DNA of 39,158 nt from Perkinsus olseni. Lineage: Eukaryota. Position numbers and translations under genes: made by a program. The notes beneath the pieces were generated by a model that was given only the letters and a program-made list of their open reading frames with translations, had not been told where the DNA came from and ran no database searches. Below, piece after piece: positions 1 to 9,462 of the stretch. The DNA is taken from contig JABANN010000325.1 in NCBI GenBank assembly GCA_013115125.1, forward strand, positions 1-39,158, written 5' to 3'. Within the stretch, counting starts at the first letter, position 1. Every line of letters begins with the position of its first letter.

Positions 1-34
1 GAAACACCGATGATCAGATAGTGAGACGATGTGT

Positions 35-518
35 AGTGGGGAATCCCCACTGGGGATGGGCCCAACCAATACCGAGTCACCAGCAAGGGGGTTATGGCGA
101 GCACTCGTCTTGGTTCTGGTAGGCCCCCGGCCGGGGGAAACGTATGGGTATGATAGGTTCGATTCAACTCCACGTAACAGGCGGGGCCGGGAAGAGGATG
201 ATGCGCGCGCGAAGCGCGCGCGCCCGAAAATGCTACTTCATGCAGTTGCAACTTCAGCAACTGCAACTTCATGAAGTTGCAACTGAAACCTTGAAGTTGA
301 ATTAGGTGCAAACCCTACTTTCACAAGGCCCATTTCCTTACGTTAGGGTAGGACGTTAGGACACTAGAACTTTTTAAGTTAGGAAATCCTCGATAAGGAC
401 GTTAGGATGGGTGGTTAGGTCGAACTTCGACCGTCGAAGCTATTTCACAAGATACATTTCCTAAGGTTAGGACGCGTTTTTAAGGACGCGTCACTAAAGT
501 ACCTCCGGAGGTACTTTA
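35..518. repeat. Cluster of perfect or near-perfect palindromes
   Basis: AGTGGGGA-A-TCCCCACT 35-51; CCCCCGGCCGGGGG 124-137; GCGCGCGC-GAA-GCGCGCGC 203-221; TGCAACTTCATGAAGTTGCA (20 bp) 262-281; CTTCGAC-C-GTCGAAG 425-439; TAAAGTACCTCCGGAGGTACTTTA (24 bp) 495-518. All read directly from the sequence. Confidence 0.9.
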
Positions 519-612
519 TAGAGCATCCTAACGTGAAAAGTGGTATTCGAGTCGCGAATCGCTCCGCTAAAAGCTCCCGGGTTCGAATCCTGCTGTTCTC
601 CATTCTACATCT

Positions 613-676
613 TTTTTTGACTTGGCGAATTTTCGTGATGCTTCTTTTTCGACTTCGCAAATTTTCGTGATGCTTC
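613..676. repeat. 32-bp tandem duplication at the transposase break point
   Basis: 613-644 and 645-676 differ at 3 positions. The core AATTTTCGTGATGCTTC is identical at 628-644 and 660-676. The repeat overlaps the stop of the truncated transposase ORF. Confidence 0.9.
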
Positions 677-1190
677 AATGAAAGAACTTTGTGGAACTCA
701 ACGTTCCATCCACAGCTCCAATCACTGTAGGCATATGGTGCTTAGCATTGAAGAAGGAGCTCATGCGAGCAGCTTCATCCCGGGAGTACCATCTGACCCA
801 CCGACTGATGACTGGAGCTGACGTGATTGCCAAGACTGAGTCTTGCACATACCTCCAGCACGAAGCAGTGGACTTTTCACCAAGATTCCTCAAACACCAA
901 TAAAAGTTCCCTGTTCCCAAGAATTGCAAGGTGTGCAGCACCTTCATGAAAGGCGGTACGCTTGTGTTTCGGCCAGTACGAGCCGGCATTCTGGGCAATA
1001 CTTCGTACAACACATGCAGGCAGGCAGCCTTAGTGAACCGGAAGCTCTGATAGAACTGCTGGTCTGAGTAGGACTCGAACGGGTTGATTCCGTCGGTTAA
1101 GACGTGACGTTGTAACTGCTCTGCTTGCTCGGCAGCATGCAGGTCGTCAAGCTCCTGCGGATCTAGCAGATCGCGATCGTCGAAGTCCAT
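675..1190 (-). pseudogene. Truncated PIF/Harbinger (HARBI1-like, DDE_Tnp_4) transposase
   Basis: Shows Harbinger-typical motifs NPFESYSDQQFYQSFRFTK, LQFLGTGNFY, STASCWRYV and MPTVIGAVDGT (first catalytic Asp). The ORF then stops after 8 unrelated residues, and the remaining ~350 bp of the element is too short for the rest of the catalytic domain. Confidence 0.85.
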
Positions 1191-1443
1191 GAATAAAGGT
1201 ATCTGTCGTTCTCAGAGTGGACCCCGGAAAGTAGCTTGAAGTTCAACTTCGGGTTTAACCACCGTTATTCGTTGTCCTCGGCTGGACTGAGCACATCAAT
1301 GAATTTTTAAAAGTAGCAGAGATGTTCTAACGGTAGCGGGTTAAGCCGTCATCCGTGTGGGTGTGGGATCGATCCCTATGATGTCCATTTTCGCCGAAAC
1401 GAGTGCTGAAAATGTCTTTTAAGGATGTCCTTATCCTCGGGTG

Positions 1444-1553
1444 AGGACGTCTTTAAGTTTAGGATCCTAAGGTTAAGTGAGGACAACCTTATGAAATGGC
1501 TTGTCCGTACTTAAGGCTTCCTAAGGTTAGGATCCTAAACTTAAAGACGTCCT
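1444..1553. repeat. Perfect 27-bp inverted repeat in the right subterminal region of the transposon
   Basis: AGGACGTCTTTAAGTTTAGGATCCTAA (1444-1470) and its exact reverse complement (1527-1553), separated by a 56-bp spacer. Confidence 0.95.
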
Positions 1554-2053
1554 TACTCAGGAAATCCTATGAAATAGGCCCCAGTACTCTTATTGTGCTT
1601 CGCTGTCCCTTTTGGGCCAGCACGCATGCGCATAGCATGAGGCGCCTTGCGTGGCTGAGGCCAGATAGACAGACCGTCTAGGAAGAGTAGCCTTTCTCTC
1701 TTCTCTTCTGTGGTATCGTACCACTTGGGTATTCTGGTGGCATTGGCTTGGCTCAGACTCTGGACTATTATCTGTTAACGACTTTAACTTAACGTATATC
1801 GGATAACAAGCGTTGTTGTGTTGAAACCCTCACAAGCAGCACGCATAAACATAGGAAAAATAGATAGAAGAAGTCTCAATGTTAGCTCAATATGATTCAG
1901 ACATCTTTGGAACTCTTACTGTGAAGAACTACTGAGACCTACGACTATGTACGATGGCTTGCGTTAACTATAATGGTCACATCAAGCACTCATTGCTCAA
2001 CACGTGCCGTCGCCTGATTGAAACGTGCAAGTGCACTTCAGTAGTTTCTCTTA

Positions 2054-3292
2054 ATGAGCGAACACTCTCTTGGGCCCCACGACCTCACGCCCAACCCTGG
2101 ACCACTCTCGTCCAATTCTGAATGCACGTCGGCTAGCAACCCTGCATGCTCAGAAGGACACACTGCTGCGCCCAAGTGCCATTGGCGCAGGGTACCCTGC
2201 CTTCTTCTGTTGGTTGCTATTTCTTTCGTGCCTGGCTATCTATTGAGTACTCTACGAGCTGAACGACCCCTCTTGAGGCTCAGCATCGACCCTAGCAACT
2301 ATCGTAGCTGGGAGACAGCCCCAACTACGGTTATCGAGCGGATTAATCGAGGGAAGCCGAGGGATCTTAGAATCATGAAGTGCCCGAGCATGGACGGTGA
2401 GCTGGACATGTCCTACTACCGTAACGGTGACTTCTTTCAAAGAGCAATAGCGGATACTCCTGCCAAGCCGTTGATGGTCTATGAGCGGGCGCGCGAGGTC
2501 TGTGATGGGCCGAGGTCGGACGAACTCGACCCGGGCCAGAGTTCCCGCTCGCATTGGAAGCATTGCTTGCCGCTACATCCCAACCGGAATCAGTCTGAGT
2601 GTGCGGCTGCTACTCGTAGCAGCCTGCTCGATCCAAGAGTGCTGAAGCCCGTATGTGCTTCGGCAGTCCTCGACATGCTCACCGTCGACGTCTACCGCGC
2701 CATGGAAGAGGTTGGGTGCCAGTCTATGCTAACCTTTGGCACTGCGCTGGGAGCTGTTCGGAACGGTACGCACGTGCCCTGGACCGAGGACGCGGATCTT
2801 GCCTACGTCACGTCAAGCAATGCAAGCCCTTGCGTTGAGCGGAAAGAGTTCGCAGGCCTCCTGCGTAGCCGCGGATACTTCGCCTTCAAGCATGATATCT
2901 GGCGGGTTTGCATCGGGTCACATCATCCACTGGCTGGACAACTCTACAACATCGACACCAGTATCAAGAAGAACAAGAGTCGGCTTTGCGGAGTGTATGG
3001 TTGTATCTACGTCGACCTATATGCAGTCTCTGAAGCCGGAGGGCCCCGCCTTGGCTACTATCACGAGGCTCATCACATATCTGGCTTCTTTATACCATCG
3101 GAGAAGGTTTTCCCAGCGGGCAGTGCCAGCCTCAATGGTATGGCGTTCGCTACATATCACGACGTCGACTGGTTTCTATCAAGAAGTTACGGGAAGGACT
3201 ATGCCAAGCCGAAGTCCCGGAGCCAGTGGACCGAAGATATGGAGCGGGAGAAATTGGACGGTCAACACACGATCTTAACTCTTGAAAACTGA
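2054..3292 (+). CDS. LicD-family (fukutin/LicD-like) nucleotidyltransferase-fold protein, predicted type II membrane protein, intronless
   Basis: 412-aa ORF with an N-terminal hydrophobic anchor (VPCLLLLVAISFVPGYLL). Motif FGTALGAVRNGTHVPWTEDADL matches the LicD consensus GTLLGAvR.g..iPWD.DiD. Also has YVDLY and a C-terminal FLSRSYGKDY (L...YG.dY). Confidence 0.8.
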   Translation: MSEHSLGPHDLTPNPGPLSSNSECTSASNPACSEGHTAAPKCHWRRVPCLLLLVAISFVPGYLLSTLRAERPLLRLSIDPSNYRSWETAPTTVIERINRGKPRDLRIMKCPSMDGELDMSYYRNGDFFQRAIADTPAKPLMVYERAREVCDGPRSDELDPGQSSRSHWKHCLPLHPNRNQSECAAATRSSLLDPRVLKPVCASAVLDMLTVDVYRAMEEVGCQSMLTFGTALGAVRNGTHVPWTEDADLAYVTSSNASPCVERKEFAGLLRSRGYFAFKHDIWRVCIGSHHPLAGQLYNIDTSIKKNKSRLCGVYGCIYVDLYAVSEAGGPRLGYYHEAHHISGFFIPSEKVFPAGSASLNGMAFATYHDVDWFLSRSYGKDYAKPKSRSQWTEDMEREKLDGQHTILTLEN

Positions 3293-3633
3293 TCTCACAT
3301 CTTTCAGCAGATGGTCAAGACGGCAACTTTATGCGGCCCACGCAATCCCCACGGAGGGAGCGATCTTAGCATAATCGCTGCCATCATTCGCTTCCCGTAA
3401 AATCCTTAATCGTGTGGTATACTCTTGACCTGTATACCATCCTAGATCAGTTTCTTCTAGTTGATGCCCTGATTGTGTTCTTGCTCAAGTCAAGAGGATC
3501 AGCATCGTTTAGAGATGCTCCGAGATATAACATCGCGGTGATGGAAAACCACACAGGTTCCCTCCGCCGTCAATAGAGCGTTAGTGTACGTAGCCGATTC
3601 GTCCACATCGAGTTCACTCCACAATCCAAACGG

Positions 3634-3952
3634 CTATTCAGGAGTGAGAACGTGATGCCAGCGTTCGAGGATATCACACAAGAGAGTTGAGGCAGCGGTG
3701 GTAGGGCCTTCCTCGACCAGATTGACGTACTCATTGGCGGCATTGTTTGCCTCATTCATGGCGTTGATGTACTCGTTGGCGAGATTAAACTCCGTATTCC
3801 TAGAGGCCAGCCGCGAACAACCTGGCCTCTACTTTATTGCCTAACTTGACGTCCCTATCTCGACCCTGCCGCCAAACTCCTGTCCCAACTCTTTTTTGTG
3901 ATACCCTGGAGCGTTGAAATAGCGGTCGCACTCACCGAAGAGATTTCTTCAT
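3634..3952 (-). CDS. Possible small spliced hypothetical protein
   Basis: Donor and acceptor sites (GTGAGT at ~3935; ...CTCTAG at ~3800) join to ...NTEFNLANEYINAMNEANNAANEYVNLVEEGPTTAASTLLCDILERWHHVLTPE*. An internal 18-nt repeat with 42-nt period has codon-conservative changes. No family recognised. Confidence 0.35.
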
Positions 3953-4122
3953 AGTATGGTATTCATCAGAGTCGTGCGGAGAGCAGGCACGGACGAGTTT
4001 CCGCGAGTGTGCGCGGTGGTTGTATGACTTGGAAGCAAGCAATCATTTCGGTCATAGAAACTTTAATTCTCAACTATGTACTTGAGGTGGTAACAATCAT
4101 CTCAATTTGATGCGTCGAGTAC

Positions 4123-7100
4123 TCAGGACCGGGGGTTTCTCTTGGCCGCCTTGCTTTTCTTCACCAGCTTCCGAGGACTAGTATGTTCCGAGATACCGGT
4201 AGAAATACGCGCTCTTTTCCTGATGAAAAAGCAAGACTTGGACCCGCACATCGCCAACTGGCACCTACTGTGCTGCGAAGTTCAACTTAACTGCGGGTTC
4301 TGATGAACGCATCTGCCGAATTCGAGAGTTCACATCGGATGTGTACTTCACGGGAGTCATTGCCACCATCTTGTCGGCAAGAGTGCTCTGAAAGTAGCCC
4401 AATCACTCGATGCGGTGGCACTTCGATAACGGAACTCACCTCAGTCGAAGTCTCATCGCGGTAAGCCTTCACGCATCTTTCAGCCTCGGCAATAAGCTTC
4501 GGATCCGCTGATCTGAGCATCAACAGTATTGAAGCCAAGATCAGGTCTGTGTGTGTGAGTTTATAATCCAACGCCGGTCCCGGCTTAGTGCCAATGTACA
4601 CAGTCTGTGCTGTCCAATCGTGAACGTGATAAACTTTGGACTCCAAAGTTTGGAGCACTCCGCCCTACCTGCAGATAATACTGGTGTACTGCTCCTTGAA
4701 GGTTGCAGGCAACATTCCTCCTTGGATAGCGAGCTCTGGCTCTCTCATATGCACAGCATGGCCACCACACTTGCTAACGAATCTCACGTGCTCCATCGGG
4801 TTGTTCTCACCCATGCCCCAGTTATACGCCGCTACGGCCAGCTCCAAGGCATCCGGTGTCAAAAACGTGCCTGAGACACAGAGGGCGAACTACTGAGAGC
4901 TTGGCGTCGACCTGAGCGCAACCCCGGGAAGCTTGACCTGTGTGACAACCTTGGCATGATGTATCAAGGTCGTCTTTTTTGGCGGCCTGTGATCTCTCAT
5001 TCGACTCCCAAATTTTCTCCGTGAAGAAAATCGGCAGATTAATTGCTATCACTTCATTCTCAGAGCATGCGAAGGACAGGCGACGGTGGTTTGAACCCAC
5101 GCCGCAAGATCGTCGAACGGAGAAGTTCGGGTACAAAATTGCTCTCGATCAATTCACAAATTTGAATCGGAAATCTCGCGATAGGACTGGGCAATGGAGG
5201 CCGTCCTACATCTAACCGTCACTTACTGTGCGAGCATATCTTCTCGATGATACCTTCCTCCGGCACGCCAGAGAACTTCACGACGACCTTCCATATCCTA
5301 ACAACAGTTTTTGTACAGCTAGCATGTGGAACTTGACGGACGGGTCTCCCCCACGAAACAACTTCGACAACCCGAGAGCAACAGACCAACCTTCTTCGCT
5401 GAATGTCCTTCAGAATCTGCGACGCCTGCTGAAGTGCAGGAATCCCTGGGACCTGGTTACCAACGAAGCGCACAGAGTTAGCATGCTCGATATAGTGAGC
5501 CTGAGAAAAAGAGGACCAGCAGGCAAGTAAAAAAGCTGAGAACTCCATCGAGAAAAGACTCACCAGCCAGTTAGTCATAACGCAGAGTGCCTGGGGATCT
5601 TCAATCGATTCGCTGAGGGGCTTGAAAACTTCAACCCCATCCTCGTTATGGCCCCTGATAAGAGAGAAGGGCGCTCCTAAACCTCGAAGCGGGCATGCGA
5701 CCGCCCCAACAACACTAGGCGGATCTAACATCGTCCATGCAGGGATGGAAATCGCCATAACAGAACGCACTTGATCTCGATATACGGAGCCGCCAGCTTG
5801 AATGCCTCCTTGATCATCGCCTCCACAGCTTTGACCGTACGATGCTGGTACATACGACGATGTAGCGACTCCCTGGTACGGAAGATGGCGCAGAGGTTTT
5901 CGAACTGCACAGAAGGTCGGAGTGAAAGAGCAAGGGCGCTGAGCCGACTCACTTACCTCCTTATCTGGCCAGCATATCGTCGGGAAGCCGTCCGACATGA
6001 GTATCTTGGCATTCATGATGAGACGAGGCACCTCACACTCCCCTTGAACCCCACTGTGGTGACAGTCTCTGAGGATGTGACCTCAGTGAGGGCCTACCAC
6101 ATTTGAACACTGTCTAACTCACCGCATGATATAGTCGAATTTATCAACATCAAGGCCCGTCCTCTTGTTTGCCACAATATCCAGTAGGAAAGCTTTAGCG
6201 ACCGGGCGGCCGACCTGCGAGCAGCCGAGGTGTAACGCTGCCCCAAAATAGTATACTCACCTCGAGGAGGAAAGCCTCTTTACTGCTTTCCTTGAGCTCT
6301 ACTAGTTTGGTCGGTTTGGGTGGATCGATGCAGTTCTTGATGAAGTTCACGTCAGCGTCGTTCAACGGGAGTGGCTTCCCTTCAGTCGCCAAACGGTCCA
6401 CTATGGCGTCGCTGAGAGAGCACTCATCACTGCTTCAAATTCAAAACGTTCGACACTTACAGCAACTTCAGGCTAACTTGCTCATGCTCGTGATGATGAA
6501 TCCCCATGCTAGGAAGGACACAGGACTCCCAGGTGTGTGAGAAGGGTCCATGGCCCAAATCATGGCACAGAGCTGCTACCGTCACGCACACCTACGATAG
6601 TTCGCAGCGACTTCGATAAACTACGAGAAGGGCTCGCCGCGCCAATGCTTACCACATCCTTTTGACTGATACCTAGGTGAGGTTGGCGGTCTCGCAGACC
6701 AGTAGCAAAGGTTTGCCTGACAAAATGCTTCACTACACCCGTGGACCAGGCAGCAGTTGGTCCTACGCTAGATGTGCGGCTCCGATGCTATGCTCGAACC
6801 TAGAGTGAACTCCGCCATCGAAGACATATGATGTCGCGCCTGAGAGTAATAGGAGTTGCACAGTGGCTGAGTAGAAGCTTCTGAGATCCACCCAACTTTC
6901 GAGTACTATCAGCCACTAAATGATCAAGCAATGAACAGTGAGAGCTGACTGACCGAGCTGGGTGAGATCTCGGAGCCTCTGGAACTCGGGCGTATCAATG
7001 ATATCCTTGCAAAGGCTCGGTAGGCAGATCATGTTGTGAACTGGGTCCATCGTTCCTGAGCCAGCAAGGTTCGACGAGCTACCTCTCCCGACACCTCCAG

Positions 7101-7876
7101 TGACCTACGGAAGTCTCGCTTATACCAGGTTTGCGCTTTCCGTCGTTGCCGCAAAAGATACGAGCGCGACACTGACGGCGAGACATCCGCCAGAGGTATC
7201 ACGAACTGAGCTACAGTGTTCACTAGAGCTACACAGCATATCAACACACGTACCGACTCTGAATTGATCTGAACAGTGAGCTCGAGTTCGGTCTCCTCGT
7301 GCGGGATGTTGAACGCCTCGCATAGAACATACTCAAGACCATTGCTCCACTCGATGGTGTTCGCATAGGAAATTCTGGTGAGAATGCAGTAGTCGAGTCA
7401 CTTGATCGGGCATATCGTTACTTGGCTTTCTTTTTACTCTCGGCATCTTCAAATGTGATACTATTATCAGAATCATCAGGGGAGACCGGGGAGCTATCGT
7501 GAGGTCCCTGAACGCGAAACTAGCCCACCTACTCCCGCGCATGCGCAGCAAGTAGAGTGTCCAGAGACTCTCCGAGAGAGACGATATTTCTGTGAACACG
7601 AGCGGTGAAAACGAGTAGCTCACCCTGAGAGTGTACGCCCCTCCTTGATGTGCGCTGCCCAGAGGGACTGGTACTCCGGTAGCATTATCAATGAGCTCCA
7701 TTGACGACATGTGCTCTGGATCGAGGCGGAAGTGTCGGCAGATAGATTGGGAAGCAGAACTCACCGTCGAGAATCTGATCGATGGAAACTCAGTCAGAAA
7801 CCTGAGACCCGCAGCGAGGACAGCAGTGAGACATTCCAATACAAAATGTCTACGCGGATAGCCCGCCACTGCTCAT
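4123..7876 (-). CDS. SAMHD1: SAMHD1-like HD-domain dNTP triphosphohydrolase, multi-exon, with N-terminal extension
   Basis: Spliced exons give [97 protein letters not shown] and [16 protein letters not shown]...MLPATFKEQ, covering the H..HD..D metal ligands. The start (7876) and last exon (stop 4123) were inferred by eye. Confidence 0.88.
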
Positions 7877-9435
7877 GGAGCTGATTTCGAGCTCGGGGGG
7901 CGAATCAGAACTGCGAGGAAAGAAATTTACGTTAGGGAACCTAGCAGTTTCAAACGACGGCTGCCAAGTCGGTGTTAGGATCCGACTAGGAGGCCGACGC
8001 GGGAGGTGCTTACAAGAATCCTTGCTGCTGGCCATGATATGTGATGTACACACGTCTCAAAGTGGACGGCTTCGACACCGACCCGTTGGGGATATTCATC
8101 AAAGCAAAAAACGGCTGAGTGGGCATACACGCTAAGATTTACACTTGACTATCTTAACGAGACCGCTGAGCCCAGCACAGAGAGTACGAATCGACTTTCG
8201 ACCGCCCCAAGAGCTCTCTCAAAATATCCCCAACAATCCTCTTTCTTCCTCGTCCTGCCAACGTGAGATATCCTGATAGACGATTCTCGGACGAAAATCG
8301 GGAGAAGGGGTCAGATAGAAGAACGAGAGAGTGAATGTGATCACTCGTGGGAGCCAGCTTATCAGTGGGCACGGCCGAGAGAATACCAGATCCACAGGCG
8401 GCGTAACCTTCGATCCTTTGCCGGAGAGCGTGATGATGAAAGTCGAATAGTAAACCTGTTAATTCCCGGCAAGCTGTATTCACGAGCGCGGGGCACGAAA
8501 TCGGGCGCAATATCGCATCAATATCGTTGAAAATTATCACATACCAGGACCAGCTTAGACGAATCGCCTTCGGGCTAGACCATGCCCTACTTGGCTCCAC
8601 GCATGCTCACAGTTTGTGCGTGCCGGGGTGGTCCATGTGCATGCGTGCAGATGGGATTGACTGATGCGCAAGACTACTCTTATGGATGGGCTCAGTATTC
8701 AGCTGACGCTTAAGACGTCTCTAGATCCTAAAATTATCGGAGAGCTCGCGAGCGGCAATCTCTGTCACTGCGTTTTGGTGAGTGTGATGAGTGTGACTCG
8801 ACACTGTCGAGTCGACAGCGTTGACTTATCGTCGTCGAGAGCACTGGGGATGCTTCGGTGTGCCGATTTGAAACAGGGCTCAAGAACGGGGAAACAAGGA
8901 ATGCACGGGATCGCTGGGACCAACAGGCCCACAGCGAGCAAAGGCGCACAGGGGGCAATGTGGGTATGCAGCAGCAATGGAGGGTTGTTTTCGTTGTTTC
9001 CGCAGCGCGTGTTAAACGCGTCAGCTTGTGGAGTTCTTTGTAGAACCCTGACTTTATATCGGACTCAGATAATCCGAGGGTTCAGGAAGTTCCTGACAGG
9101 AACTCCGGCGCGGTGAAGAGGTTGAATGTTCACGAGGTTGATATTGGCTACAGGAGCAGCTTTTCCATCGCAATTTCTAACGAGCGATGGGCGTCCATCA
9201 ACGGCTGCTGTTGTCGTTTCCGACTTACAAAGTCACTCTCGGTGTGTCGAGAATGACGACTCGTGATTCTTCGAGAAAAGTGCCGTGCTCGGTTAAGCAC
9301 TCTCCTGTACACAGCGACGTTCAGAGTCTGAACTTCAGACGGCTGCTTTATGACGGTGGAAGTGTGGTTGGCATCCCTGGAGGGATTATTCAGAGCATCC
9401 GCTCTGAAGCTCACGCCTCGAAGCTGACGAGTATA

Positions 9436-9448
9436 CGTGGCTTCAGGC
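9436..9448 (+). promoter_or_regulatory. Candidate trans-splice (3') acceptor CTTCAG|G upstream of transporter 1
   Basis: CGTGGCTTCAGGC has its AG 16 nt before the ATG. The same 13-mer lies upstream of the paralog at 14872-14884. Function is inferred. Confidence 0.45.
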
Positions 9449-9462
9449 TTCTGTGTTGACAT

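Larger units (their letters stand above)
311..1581 (-). mobile_element. Internally deleted, non-autonomous PIF/Harbinger DNA transposon (left boundary uncertain)
   Basis: Contains a Harbinger transposase N-terminal fragment. The right end reads ...ATGAAATAGGCCC|CAG, i.e. a GGGCC-type terminus followed by a CWG-like 3-bp target. Both arms share subterminal TTAGGA/TCCTAA/AGGACG motifs, including TTCCTAAGGTTAGGA at 458-472 and 1518-1532. On the left only degenerate TIR-like copies are seen (AGGCCCATTTC 326-336; GCTATTTCACAAG 439-451), with no matching TSD. Confidence 0.75.

Noticed and set aside
311..560. TTAGG-rich stretch considered as telomeric repeat or CRISPR-like array
   Set aside because: The motifs are irregularly spaced, occur on both strands and are mirrored at 1420-1580. 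They are better explained as transposon subterminal repeats, and there is no repeat-spacer periodicity.
1738..1757. TGGCATTGGCTTGGCTCAGA resembles the 3' end of the perkinsid/dinoflagellate spliced leader (…TTGGCTCAAG), ~300 bp upstream of the intronless LicD gene
   Set aside because: Only about 8 nt match and the CCGTAGCCAT portion is absent, which is chance level. I saw no convincing relict SL on either strand.
5219..6031. 270-aa ORF, and similar long ORFs at 24233-25123 and 7333-7869, as stand-alone genes
   Set aside because: They are read-throughs of exons and in-frame introns of the SAMHD1 and F-box/Kelch genes.
6180..6280. AFLLE / AFLLD peptide echo either side of a SAMHD1 intron
   Set aside because: Too short, and the nucleotide match too weak, to claim intron origin by tandem duplication.
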